The notes: generated from the sequence alone by a model not told the origin. A DNA stretch of 59,372 nt, filler included, from Sphacelaria rigidula (GCA_964200075.2; 3 parts of 3 records of this genome joined end to end with filler, not necessarily neighbours in it), one strand, 5' to 3'. Positions 26,101 through 38,775 are shown, counted from the whole stretch's first letter. Translations and numbers: made by a program.

Positions 26101-29100
26101 GCGCCGTGAGATGTTCGGCAAGTCGCATGAAGGGTGAGCTGCATCCTGCCAAGATTGTTCGCGCGAAGCGTACCGATTGTCTTTGTTGCGAATGACAGCA
26201 TCGAATGGGTTGCTTCAATTTCTGGTATCGCCACTTCCAGAGACAGCCACGGGTAACACTGCTTCACGGTGTCTCACCATTTAAACACTGAGTAGTACGA
26301 CTACCCCCTTCTCGCGGAGTCGAGGTTCTCCACCCCACACAAAATGATGTAACTCGACCATCATGGTTACCGCAGAAAGAACATAGTTGAGAAAAACGGT
26401 AATTTGGTTACATAGCTTACGCAGTGAACGGCGTGTTTTACAGCATCGTTGTCAACCGACGTCAGCACTTACGGGGGGCGCGGGCGGGGGGTGTACTCAT
26501 TTGTTGCTTACCTTCGTCGTTTGACCATTGACCACGTATCCCTTTTGAGACGGAGTAACGCTGGGGGGGCAAGGAGATGTCATCCATATTCGATCTTATC
26601 TTCCCATGTTCCCTCGACGACTCGAGGGGAAATGGCTACTTTGACAAGATTTAAAACCATCACATGCAAGCTGGAGGGGGACTTCATGCGAAGCTTCCCA
26701 ATACAGACGGCACGCAATGGGCACTGACTCGTGACGGTAAGCTCCGACGCCAAGACACTGTGAACAGCCGGAGCATTTCATACACTACTTTGAGGGAGTT
26801 TTCTACTCTCTGCTAGAAGCTACTTCGCGGGAACACGAGTCAGGCCCGGCGGTTTACAAGAGTAGGTTTAAGCGGACACACGGCAGCAAGCAAGTCTTGA
26901 ATTACGTGCAGAGTGCTTCTGCATAAAAAATGTTCAGCTTCGCTTGTCGCGAATCAAGAATTAAATTGAGTTGAGTATCAGCCTGCAGTTTGTCGTTTCA
27001 AACCTGGAAGCTAGCAGTTGTTTTCATGGTCTGAAGGAGGGCCGGGCCGGGCCGTAAGAGATGGGTGATTCCTTGTGGTCTTTTTTTTTTACACCAGATT
27101 TACTCAGCAAACAACAGCGCACACGAATTAGCAGTCGAGATGTACGCAATGAGCTTCGCCGAACAGTAAAAAACTACAGTAAATCACGGCGGTTTCTGTG
27201 CAGTCTTCGGTCTTGCGCTCCCTCTGAGCACCATACACTGCAGTCAGCACAACAGTACACTGCAGTACAGACGGCACCGTGCCGGTATGTAGTCAGTCAA
27301 TTTTATGCCACCCCGATTGTATACAGAAGATACACTGGATACACGGAGTATATATGCACGCGCATCATGTTCATGATTCATTTGAATTGAAAAATCAAAG
27401 GGGTGATACAAAGGTAGCCCTTCGAAGGTGCTTCCAGGTTTTTGACCGTGGGTGCCGCTGTCTCACACATCAGCCTGGGTGGTATCTCCAGTTGGAACTA
27501 CTGCCTACCCGATTGTGTGGGTGGATAGCAAGTGTTCGATGCAAGAAAGACGAAGTGAAATATCGTGCTTCCCGTCTTCGTCAGTCTTGCGCCAAAAGAA
27601 AAAAAAAATCAAAACATACTCTCACTCTGTTCACCCCGGTGCGCACTGCTGCAACGCTCAACTCAGATTCAACGATATAGGGTTGTTGGCTGTGGTTCAC
27701 ATGACATGTGCTCGGAGTTTCCGCGCCTTGCAGGGCCTACAACACGCGTACGGCCGTGTCTCTCGAACTGAGCACCTCCACAGGCGGTACACCGACGAGT
27801 TTTGTACAGATTGTCATTATCCAGAGGGTGTCCCCGTACAGATCTGTGAATCATTGCCAGCGCAGCAGCCGCCTAGTTGATGCGGACGTTAGTGCACCAG
27901 CGTGTGCGCATATGCATGCACTCACGGTGCCCCAAGTCTGGGCTGCGGGAAAGCTGTTTTGAGGGCGGTTCTGCCCAAAATCGCTGATCGCTGTATTCTC
28001 GTTTGCGCGCGGCCCGAACGTGCCCCCGATTGTTGCTCATGATCCATCCCTAGGGCCGAAGCTCCCACGAGCATGGCGGCGCATGTACTGCGCCTAGTTG
28101 ATAGGGGGTTTTAGTGGGAGCATCCTCCGCACTCCCTTGAACAACCGCTCGAGGCACCTTCCCCACACGACTGCCGCGAGGTGGTCCAGCCGAGCCTTCG
28201 GGTAATCGGTACACGAACTCGCTTGCGGGGTACGGGTTGGGTAGGGTTTCCTTCTTCCGCCAAGGAAAAAAAAATGGTGTCTGTGTTGTGTCCGACTAGT
28301 GTGCCAAGCTTTACGGCGGGTGATTCAGTTGCGGTGGATAAATCCATGATTTAAGTTCTGCTCAAAAGTGCGATGATCGTATGCGGGTCAATACGAGCGT
28401 TCACATTTATAGCACGGGCGTCGGCGTACATTTGAGTTTTTTTTTGGCGCAAGACTGGGTGTTCTGTTCTCGCGTGCGATACAGTATGAATATGGCTTTT
28501 TGGTGACGCCCGGGAGCTGACCATGGAAAACGTTATTGAACTTATACTGTCAGTGCACCCGCACGCTAGGCCTCAGGACTTCATGTGTGTGTGTTGTCGT
28601 CCCATTTATTCTGGGCACCAGTCTACACCTTTCAATATAGGTTGGCGCAGCAGCCGGGGTCACACGGGAGGAAGGTCAACAAAGGAGCTTTTCTTCTTTA
28701 TTTGATTTTAATACCCTACCTTCCTTCTGCGGTGCTTGCCTTTATTTTTTATCGCGAGAGGGGTTCAGCCGTCCCTTTCCCTCGTCGACCGTTAAGTCGA
28801 ATTTTGTGTACCCACGAGATAGTCGCTCTCCACTGTCTGTTGAGCATGGTGCGAGAAAAGATTCCAGATCGCTTCAGGAATCGAATCCCACAACTCAACC
28901 ATCAGAAGGTTTCGAGGTTACCAACTGAGCCAGCGACCTCATGTGTGCAACTGTGTAATACGGCACAGTGAAGATATGTTATCCGTACTGGTGAGTTTCA
29001 GAAACGCGCGGACGAACCAGAATCCAGAGAGCTCCTCCGAAACCTTGCTGGACGATTTCAGAGAAGCTGTCAGGTAATGTCGCCTCTTGCGCAATGTCGA

Positions 29101-30094
29101 CTTCACCCGGTGGCCAGGGTGCCTAGGCCACTCATCATGGGCATGGATTTTTTCTCTTAAAAATCTACCTACGTCGGCGATTCAGCGCCGATTTTCATCG
29201 GAATACGGGGCTGGGCGGGTTGTCCCACCTAGGAAATACTTTCTGTACTTGGCCGATCTTTCGTTCGCCCAGTTGATTTTTGGTCGCAAAACCAAATTCT
29301 CATAGAAAGCACATACAAATTTCCGAGAAACACGATACTATGGGGAGTTGTGGGGACATCGTTAGTGGGGCCAAACGCAACACTGGGTGCAAGAAAGGTC
29401 GGGGAAGTGCGCCGGAATCCTCTCGGAGAGAGCGTCGGATCTTTTCCAAGGTGACACCATGCGCCAAGTTTTCCGGCGGAAGACAACGTTGAGTCGGCAA
29501 AGTAGGCATCTTTATTGTTTTCAAGTACAAGAAGTGGCCTGTCTCGCAGAACCGGGAAAAGTTTCGAGTGACAGCCGACAGTGCAGCAATTATACAGTGC
29601 AGCTGTACTGCAGCATTACAACACATGGATGGGAATGGAGACACCGTTCACTAAGCAACGACACGGACATCACACCATCATGCTGTTCTGCCTGTCCTGT
29701 ACTCTGTGCTCTACCGCACTACTAATAATATAGAACCCCTGCCAGTGTGTTGTACTGTAGTCGTACATTGTGTTCAAAAGATGGCGAAGTGCATACGAAC
29801 ACACACAAACACTAGAATAAACAATTGTACCTGAGGGTCCGGGTATTGAGAACCGTACTGAGAGAAGGAGCTGTAGGGAGCCTGGTAGTACTGCTCAGCC
29901 GAAGATGGCGCCACAGCGGCACTTCCCTCAACTGTCTGACCTGCCATGGGCACCGTTATCGGCACAGCTGCAGCTGGAGGCGCTGCTGCCGGAGGTGGCG
30001 GAGGTGGCGGCGGGGGAGGTGGCGGGTATTGAATCTGAGCCGCTACACTTGCATCCACCTGCATACTCACCTCAGTGATCCAAGCCTCAGCCAT
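20171..30094 (-). CDS. SAC3A/LENG8/THP3-like mRNA processing/export factor, 5' partial; exons 30094-29831, 25860-25435, 20454-20171
   Basis: Pro/Gln/Tyr-rich N-terminal exons are joined in phase 0 (YPDPQ|gt..cag|WASYY and SPTQ|gt..ctaacgctctccag|VPQ). Exon 3 has WPASLRRYLQRAF...LEKALHRKV...MLTTDWDNEPLP, matching the motif that precedes the SAC3/GANP domain in SAC3A/LENG8. The gene runs off the contig end. Confidence 0.78.
20808..21010 (+). mobile_element. SINE 3' half with (CA)n tail
   Basis: cggtcgacgagggaaagggactgctgaacccc...tgtgtgaccctggctggtgcgcccacatataccgaaaggtgtagac...gatgggactacgacacacacaca. Confidence 0.8.
21016..23458. mobile_element. Non-autonomous Tc1/mariner-type TIR element (about 2.44 kb) with TA target-site duplication, in an intron of the SAC3-like gene
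   Basis: TA|cagggtgagccgcccaaga ... tcttaggcggcccagcctg|TA gives an 18/21 inverted match including the TA. No transposase ORF lies inside. Confidence 0.7.
21490..21820. repeat. Long inverted repeat (arms about 110 bp) with an internal tandem duplication of about 65 bp
   Basis: aattcgcaatttttttcttggagttggaaagtgaaattt...catgagtt pairs with aactca(t/c)gaaaaa...aatttcactttccaactccaagaaaaaaattgcgaatt. Confidence 0.85.
28584..28938 (-). mobile_element. tRNA-derived SINE, full-length
   Basis: Reverse strand reads ggctcagttggtaacc (A box), gggattcgattcc (B box), body and an ACACAC tail. Confidence 0.82.
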
Positions 30095-30392
30095 AACTCA
30101 GTGCAATTCAACTTATCAGATATTCGCAGCTGGACAAGTCCTGCGCTGATCCTCTTGAACACTCCTTCCGTGCGAACCTGAGCTCAGTAATGACTACTGT
30201 AATAAAAGTTAAGGGATTCGTGATAAGATCACGGGTACTGACATGTAAAACTCCGTGGGTTGGTGACTCTCTCTTACGTGGCAGGTGAACTGTAACGTAA
30301 GAGCGCACACGGCGCGAGCCTTCCCTCTTCATTCCCCCAGCACACTTGAACAACTCCTGACTCCACCGACAGTTCCAAAGCTTCTGATCAGT
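30095..30392. promoter_or_regulatory. Putative bidirectional promoter and 5' UTR region
   Basis: Only 298 bp separate the divergent ATGs at 30094 (-) and 30393 (+). Confidence 0.5.
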
Positions 30393-33300
30393 ATGAAGAC
30401 ACATTGTGTTTTGCTGTGCGCTGTTTTGTCGGCATCGAGTGTACAGGCGTACCTCGCGCCTGGGTTGGGGCGTTCCTCGGCGATACTCCGACCAAACCGT
30501 GGCAGCCGAAGTAGTCTGCGAATGGAGTACATCCCAGACGGCTTGAGCAAGAAGCAATGGGAAGACATCAAGAAGAAGGACAAGGCCGCCGCCGGGAATC
30601 TTGGACGAGTTGGAGTAGTTCGGTTCAAGAGCCGCAGCTTTCAGGCATGGCAGGAATCAGGAGCTAGTCACCTGTTTCCTGTTGACCCCAAGAAGGCGAG
30701 TTGGCTTCACAGCTCACGACCGAACTCGCGAGCCCGACCCAGACTCATGTTTTCGTATTTTGCACACGTCAGCCCCGTTTTCGCCGCCAATAGATAACTT
30801 TACACTTTTGTTTTCTTCCGTGTAGGCCCGTTACATGCATCTACACATACTATCTGAGCCCTCCGCGCTGTGTGGAGAATTCTGCTGATACATCCAGCAT
30901 ATACCAAATGTGCCCTACCCAAATCAGTATCATGACGTCCCCGCATGATGTATCTTTCTCTTTTTCCACTGTTGTAATGTCACGTGAAGTTGATTTCTTC
31001 TCGGTATGACGAATAGGCGAAGTGTTGCTCAAGCTCTGTTTTCCCTGAACAAAGGACGAGTAGGAACGTCTGTAGTGGAATACGTGCCCACCTGACGATT
31101 TATCTTCACGCGTTGGAACGGTCACTCCTGGAACTGGGTCAGTTACGTGCAAAGGGGAGCTTCATATTGAGTTGGTGACGGTTTTCGGCCCAGACATTCG
31201 TAGCTTCGAAATCCCTGGAGCGGCATGAACAAGGCTGTGGTGGATGTGTCCTCCGTTTCAAAAAGCGAAACATGTTTTCTCTTCAGGTCCCCAATACTTG
31301 TAACGAAACAGTCAACAGTCCCAGGAGTTGAAAGAGGTATCGTTGTGTGTACAGCTAGCTGGCGCCGTGGGGACATGTAACCTCCCCTTGCTTGATTATA
31401 GTCGTGGATGTCGAGTCGTTTGTGCGCGGCATGCTTCTCGCGTCCCTGACGGATGAAGAATTGTCCTACTACTATATACCGCACAAAATCAACTTGTGAA
31501 AATCTGAGAGTCAACCTATGCAACGTGAAACTCCCATCGTGATGGATCTACCGCGCTCTCCTGTGCTATATCGTACCACCTGGTGCTGTACTGCAATGCG
31601 TTGCCGTCTTGATTCACATTTGAAATGATGGAATTGCCCGCTAAGGATTCATGTTGACGACGTCAACAATCAAACAGCCGCAACACGAAATGATGTACCG
31701 ACATAAATCATACTGGTACGTCAGAATGGATACGTCAATCACGTCGTGTGGCGGCGGAATAAAAGGTCCACGTATGATGACGATGCACACGGGACAGACG
31801 CTGCGTACAGTCCGATGTATGGGACCTACACACGCGATAACCAACACCTGTCCGTGAAGGCGCACGCGCCGTCTCACATGCCGCCATCAAGAGGGGCAAC
31901 TTCCTCGAACCGATCTGGGGCGAATCCACCGGTGAAGCTTGCCGTAGTTCGGCGGGAATGAGCCATGACTGATGCGTGCGTGAATTTCGTCGAACAAAAC
32001 CGCTCCCGGTTACCGCCGATCACTCTGACACAAACATCAATCCAAGGCAGAGCAAAAGTCTTGAAACATGCGAGGCGCGCGACATGTCGCGGGAGGACGC
32101 AAGGGGCAGTCGGTATACAGTAGGGCAGCCTGAGCCAGAGGTATCCCCATACCTGGTCTTGACCGTACGTGTGAATCTCACTTGTGCTTTCCCCACGTGC
32201 CACCACTGCACACCCTTGGACAGAGTGCGGCTCAAAGTTTGCATTTGACCTTTATCCCACTTGGTACACCACTTGTTTGTTGAAAATATATACCATTTGT
32301 CATAGGTGTGCACAGTCGCGATGGCCTCACCTAAGTGCGGATCGACTCCGGCTCCCGTCGGTCACACCGCCCTAACGTAAAATCGAGGGCCCAGCTCTCG
32401 CGGGTCTGGCGTTATCTTCCGCTGTTTTTTCTCCACGCGATCCGGTAGTGTCACCTCACTGCAGTATTGTAAGTTGCAGAGGGTCCTGCTCTCGCAGGCC
32501 TGGAGTTGTCTCCGCTGATGTTTCCCACGTGATCGAGAGGGCTGCGCAAAAATGATTTCCGGACACGAACGTTCCAAGATGGAATAGTCGAGTCTTTGAT
32601 GGGAGGGGGGGGGGGGGCACAACCATCCTACTGTTTCCTGGTTTATTGCGGGAGCGTTGGCGGATCGGTCGGCTGCCATGTACCGAGATCCTTGGCATGT
32701 AGACCGCTGAGATGACCGACACGCCGCCCTCCGTAAGCTCATCACCTTCTATGACCAAGTTCATGGGATCATACTCCGTGTCGTCTGCCTGGATTACTTG
32801 CCAGTAGTCCGGGTAAGTTTGGCGAGGCGTGAGACAGAGTTGCTACTTTGACTGCAGGCCGTCGCTACCGTGCGCTCGTGCACACACATTCTGAGTGAGA
32901 AAGCATGGCTGGCACTGGGGTCAGTGGGACAGAGCGGACAGAAGAGAGAAACAGACAAATATACAAACTCCCGCGAAGCCCACGGGACTTTCCGCCCTTC
33001 GTCAGTGTCCGGTGATCAGTTTATTCCAAGAAATCATGGGAAAACAGAGAATTGTGACATTTCACAGGCACCGTGGGTGAGGTACAGTACCGAGCGTACC
33101 CCCGGTATTTACTGGGGTATCCCATACCGTGGTATGCGTAGGTATCGTAGGTATGGGTTTTGAAAATGCCGGATTTAGCAGGTACGGTTGGTATCGAAAT
33201 CTCGAAATACCCTGGTATCGCAAGTATAACACCTGAAACTACCGGATTGGGCGGGTACGGTAGGTACTGGAATGTCGAAATACACTGGTATCGTAGGCAT

Positions 33301-36300
33301 CGTAGGTATGACATTTGAAAATACCGGATTGGACCGGTATCGGTAAGTGATGAGATGCCCCAAATACCCGTACCGGGTACCTGCCTCACCCGCCATAACA
33401 AATTCAAAACTGTCGTCCTGCAGTGCGAAGTGTATCAGTGCAGTAGTACGCAAGAGTATGGTTTTCCCCTCTCTGTGTAGTTGTGTTTTTTCATTCAGAG
33501 CACCTGGCAATTGCGTAGTATCTACGATGTATAAATATGGGAGGTTCACTGGTATTCCGGCACATTGTTGTGTGATCCTGCGACCCCTCGTTTTTTGTCC
33601 CCCTAATTTTCGTTCTTATTCTGCTCGTTTGCCTGCCCGTGGAATGTTATTGCGTATAATGCTCATCTTCGACATGGAACAACGTACACCTCGAAACGAT
33701 GATGTTTGATACCCACACACCAGAACATCAGAGGACACGAGAATGATTAATTCGATTTGATCCAAACACGCAATATGAGGTGAATCTGGGTATTGATTAC
33801 TTGTGAAAACAAGACGCGCCTGCTTCGACAGCTCATGGCCTCAGCGTGAGTTGGCATCGAGGTATCCCATACCGTGGTATGCGTATGTATTGTAGGTATG
33901 AGTTTTGAAAATACCGTATTGGGCGGGTACGGTAGGCATTGATTTTTTATTGGTTGTCGCACTTGAACTGACCCCCCAGGGGTCCAGCCGTGGTCTAGTG
34001 ACTAACGTACCCAAGGAAAACGAAATCAAACAAGCTCTAAGGAAAGAAAGAAGAGGAGCAGAAGAAAATAAAATCAGAAAAGAAGAGGGGTCGAACAGGA
34101 CGACACAGCAGATTGAGTCGTGACAGGGAGAAGTGATGAAAATTTCACACAAGCAAAGCACAGAAAGAAACGGCCGACCTAAAGCAAGAAAAAGAATACA
34201 GGGAAATGATGGGAGTATAAAAAAAGGAACAAGAAGGAAAGGGACAGAAGAAGGAGAAAAGAGGCATGGGGGATTCATTGCAGCAGAGTAGATACACACA
34301 CACACCAGTGGGCACCGCGGAGCCACCGACTAAGGACATGATCAACAACCGAACTAAAATCTCGAAATACCGTAGTATCGCACGTATCGTGGGGTTGACG
34401 TTTGAAAATACCGGATTGGACCCTTATTGGTGGGGTATGACATGTCCCAAATACCGGTACTGGGTACCTACCTTATCTACGGTCCCTGAAACATTTTCGA
34501 AAAATGCCCTCGAAAAGCAGAGGGGGAAGGCTCCGTGTCCGAAGATCTTCTTCGTGTAGCTCCCCGCGCGATCGAACAACATCAGTCGGCTTCTCCCTGA
34601 AGTTTTGTTCCCCAGTGGTATTTCCCCACGCGATCTGATGTCTTGAGTTGGCTTTTCCCTGAAGTTTTGGACCCGGTTGTTTCCTCACGTGACACGATAG
34701 TTTCACCTCATTTTAGTTGGCCTTTCCCTGGAGTTTTCTTACGCTGGTTTTGTCCCACACGATCCGATAGTGTCACTGAACTGGAGTGTCCGTAAGTTGA
34801 CAACGTATCTTTGGAGTAAAGAAGTGACACTATTGGATCGCTTGGAGTAAAAACAGCGGAAGATAACTCCAAGCCTTCAAAAGCTGAGCCCTCCCCTGTT
34901 CACGCCATGACAGTTTGACCAACGGGACCTGGAATCGATCCACAGGGAGGTGAGGCCATCTCGATTGTGCACGCCTCTGACAACATGGTCAACAGTTGCA
35001 ACAGACTCCTGGTGTACCGCGTAGGGTACAGGTTTACTACAACTACTGGCAACCTCTTGTCTAGGGTGTGTAGTAGTGGCGCGTGACGGAAGCATAAGCG
35101 GGATTCACACCCCGAGATTCGTACCAAAGCGGAAACCACTCGATTTTGAACTACAAGCACGGAAGAACTTGTTTTCGGGCAACTAGCGCTCAAATTACCT
35201 GGTATGCGAGAACCAAAAACTTGATCGAGTATGGCACTTTATGAGTCGAAAACGTGAGTAATCAGACAATTGTTCAATGCCACGGAACAAAGTGCAAAAC
35301 CGCATGGCCGTCACTCACGAACAACTCCGACTCCAGTTGTGTTACATTGAGGAGATCGTGCCCTGTCGTGAACCTGGTGCTGTTTGATTGAGCTCGTGAT
35401 AATGTTGGTCCTCTCGATATCCCCCTTCCGTCTCGACGACTCCTGCATATGTTCCTCAGGTCAAGTCCGGAGAAATCCCCATGGACAAAGTGCCATACAT
35501 GCAACGGGGAGGTGCGTGGGACAACTCTGACCTCGCGGCGAAGAACAAGAAGAAAATGCCGAAACCCACCACGACGGTCGTGAAGAACGACAAGGTCTCC
35601 AAGAAGATCGTACCAAAGAAGTGGTCCAGCACCGACAAGCAATACGCAAATGTGAGACGGTATGCCGTGGCTTCGCAACGCGTACATTCATGTAGTGTGT
35701 GCTGTGCAGTTTTAAGAATCTGCAAGTATCAGTTGATGATTGAAAATCCTGTTCTCATATTTGCATCGGCAACAGACGGCCCATGCCAGTCAAACCACGC
35801 GTGTTCATTCCTAGTCGCTCTCTTTCACCCGCTTCGTCTGTACCTGTGACGCCCCCATCCGCGACAGGATCAAGAATGTGTAAAGTTCACTGTGGTTTGC
35901 TGATATCGATAAGGCTGCGGATGCTGTTGTGCGTCGAAGTGAGACCAACCTTGTCGACGTACCTCCTCTGTTCCATAAGTCTGTTCGTACATGGGCTCTT
36001 GATCGTTTGCGCATTCAAACCCTTCCGATCATTCCATATTTGGGGTCGTGAGAAAGACAAGGCGCTAGCGAAGTTGATGCAAAGATGATGAAGAAAAGAA
36101 GTTGGTGGTCCATACTAAAATGACGTCAAAATACACAGATTTCGGCCCCATTTGATCCACTATAACCACAATATATTGACCAATTTTGGACGTTTTATGT
36201 GGAACGCTAGCGATTACATGCTGAAATTATGTTTTATAAAGCATGCCCAAGATAACGTAACGGCGGTATCCAAAATCAATGGTCCTTTTCCGATTTCACG

Positions 36301-36983
36301 TTTTTTTCACGGTTTTTCTTACCATGTCATCTCGGATCCCCCATGCTTACGGGGGAAGAAAAGTGAAAACTGCCGTTTTTTGGCCGACCTACTTTTTCCC
36401 GACCGCCAGATTGCACGCGTCGAGCACCCACGCTGTAAAAAGGAGTGTTGTGATTAGCTTAAAAAACGCCAACGAATGCAATGAAAGAATCGAAAATCAA
36501 ATCGGATAACGTTGAGGGCCCGTATGAACATAACCGACCAGACTTGGGGAACAGAGGAAGTTAATCTGTTGCAGCATCGAAGTTGTCGTGGGTCGATATC
36601 TGCTGTTTGGGTCGTGGATGTTTTGGCATGCCGTTTTCGTTCCTCTCGTATTTTTGTCCAGCTCACGACTCTAGTGAACACGTGTGTGGATATCGCCCTC
36701 GCTCCGTTCGCAGGGCGGCTACGTCAAGGAGCAAAGCGTGTCAATCTTTGGAGGCACCCCGCTCCCATGGACCACTAACAAACCTGTGGGCGTTGAGTGG
36801 GATAACAGACGAAAGCTCGAGCTACAGAAGACTTTGAAGCGTCCCGGAACGGACAAGCCTATGTCGGCGGCTGTAAAGCGTCAGGTAGAAAGGGAAGCCG
36901 CCGAGGAACGAAGGAAGAAAGCCAAACTTGCCGCTGACCTCAAAAACGAGGGCAAAAAGAAGGGGTTTTTGGGCTTGTGGTAG
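30393..36983 (+). CDS. Plastid-targeted Lys-rich protein of unknown function; exons 30393-30695, 35460-35651, 36714-36983, about 254 aa
   Basis: Signal peptide with ASAFAP-like VQA-YLAP and an R/S-rich transit peptide ending LRM. Mature motifs are YIPDGLSKKQW, FKSRSFQAWQ, HLFPVDPKK|VKSGEIP, VPYMQRGGAWDNSDL, YAN|GGYVKEQSVSIFG and C-terminal KKKGFLGLW*. All junctions are phase 0; the first donor is GC (AAG|gcgagt). Confidence 0.85.
31925..32470 (+). repeat. Interspersed repeat; related inverted copy at about 34815-35100
   Basis: gtgcacagtcgcgatggcctcacctaagtgcggatcgactccggctcccgtcggtca...atcttccgctgttttt matches the reverse complement of 34840-34990. Confidence 0.65.
33075..33392. mobile_element. 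MITE-like element with internal GGTATCGTA/ATACC repeats
   Basis: Termini gggtgaggtacagtacc ... ggtacctgcctcaccc are inverted; a second copy lies at about 33850-34478. Confidence 0.6.
33850..34478. mobile_element. Second copy of the same MITE, interrupted by a LINE 3' UTR fragment (about 33940-34350, minus strand)
   Basis: MITE sequence stops at ...gggtacggtaggcatt and resumes at aaatctcgaaatacc.... The insert begins gtcgcacttgaactgacccccc and matches 39740-40090. Confidence 0.65.
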
Positions 36984-38477
36984 GGTGGTGGTGCTCAGCC
37001 CGATTTTGCTCCCACGATGCTTGTGACAGTATACAGTGAGAGCCGAACTTTGTGCACAGCGCGAGAGTACGAAGATCGTGTGTGACGAGATATGCCGCAA
37101 CGAGTCTTTTTTTTTCTGGCAGCGGCCGTTTTGCGAATTGCTGGCCGCCCGCGCACTGTAGTGACGGATTATTTCTGGGGGAACCTAGCGAAACCATGAA
37201 CAGATTTTACCAGATATCTTCGCGTATCATACTTGCCATTTTCTACTGTATAACCCAATTTTGGAATTCGGAAGACGCCCCGATAAAGCAAATAGGAGAC
37301 ATGCGAGGTTAGCCTAGCCAGAGGCGATGGAGTGGCTCATGATGGTTTTTCAATTGAAGAGCTGACCTCGTCTCGAGATTGTTTCAACATTTCCCACCTT
37401 GGTACTCGAAGTTAGTATCACTGACAACAGGTTTGTTGATCTTCGGAGTGAAGAACTCGAACTGAACGGCAGTACATCACTTGACATGTACGGTACAGCG
37501 ACAGAGCAGTTCGAAAACGTGTAAAGATTGGGGAGGGAGTTGAAGATTGTGGTGTAATTTCTTCGTGGGTTGATGTCTAGAGAGAAGACGAATACGAACG
37601 CTCACTCTGCGTGTTATTCTATGACTTGACCGAAAAAGAACGGAGCGGATTCTGTAACGAATGTTGATGACATTCGCCCACGTCCGGGCGTCTTTTTTTT
37701 GATGTGTTATGTCGAGCGGGCTTGTGAATAGGGGGGCGTGGTTGAGCATTTCGTGATGCTGTTGTGATTCTGTAAGCCCTTGATATTTTGGGCGTGAGTC
37801 GAGGAGAGGTACGGATGTATATCGGGTCGTCTCCCACCCATATATGTGCAAAGCACATGCTGCTGCTTGCACCTTACGGCGCGGTCCTGTGCGATTTTCA
37901 ACCCTCTCCTCGCGATTTCTGTTGTTTCGGTCGCCGAGGGAGGATTTTGAATGATGTGGTTGTTGGCAAGCTGTCGACCTCCATCGGGTCTTCAACTGAT
38001 TCCATCTTGTACTGGTGGTCTGATGATGTAACAACTTGGTGTTGGATTGATGTAACGTTTTGTTGCAGATTGGTACACGCGTTGCACGGAAAGTCCGCAC
38101 ACATTCTCTTGTTCTTGTTGGCAGTACGAGGAATGTTCGAGCCGGGATGACGTGGGATGACGCAACAGCGGTTACTCGAGCACAAAATGTGTCTTTGTCG
38201 AGCCCCAAACGTGAGTTTGACGCTGTGACAACGTTTTCGCGAAACTGGGAGTGGAGAGCCGATTGAGGGCAGAGAGTTGATTGAGGGTGGCTCTGATGAC
38301 TCGCTTGTACTCGAAACGAAATACACAATTCTCTGTGTGCTCTTCTTGTACCCATCACTGGCGTGCGCTTGGAGCTACACGCGGATGAGCTCCTCGGACA
38401 CATGCGCAATAAATACCTGGAGAGGACTACAGTGTGTGGTTGGTTTACCTCACTCGACGTGAAGGTCGGTAGTGAAC

Positions 38478-38775
38478 AGTGTTTTCGTGAGATTGGGAGT
38501 AGATGATACGACTGAGAGTGAAAAGCGGTCAATCAGTGAATGAATCGTTNNNNNNNNNNCGAAATGCACTTCCACGAGGCCCAACATGCTTCCTGCAATA
38601 GCTGGCCACTGGGGCTTTTGATATCCCTGGGTAGGATATCGACTTGTAGCTGTAACCACACCGAAGTGATGGAGGTGAAGGAAAACACACGTGGAATAAA
38701 AAATGACTCACTTGAAGGGAGTGATGAAAGCCTCTCTTAATCGTATCATCTACTCTCAATCTCACGAAAACACTT
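38478..38775. repeat. Inverted repeat or small MITE spanning a 10-N gap
   Basis: gtgttttcgtgagattgggagtagatgatacga pairs with tcgtatcatctactctcaatctcacgaaaacac. Confidence 0.7.

Noticed and set aside
30059-30070. GTGAGT...CAG inside the first exon of the SAC3-like gene as an intron
   Set aside because: It is only 12 nt, too short to splice, and the frame is open through it. An alternative donor cannot be excluded.
33075-33392. CRISPR-like array from recurring GGTATCGTA/ATACC units
   Set aside because: Eukaryotic context, irregular short repeats without unique spacers, bounded by TIRs and with no cas genes.
37477-38532. 351-aa minus-strand ORF
   Set aside because: No recognisable domain, low-information composition, and it starts inside an inverted repeat. 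It is probably chance or a decayed TE.
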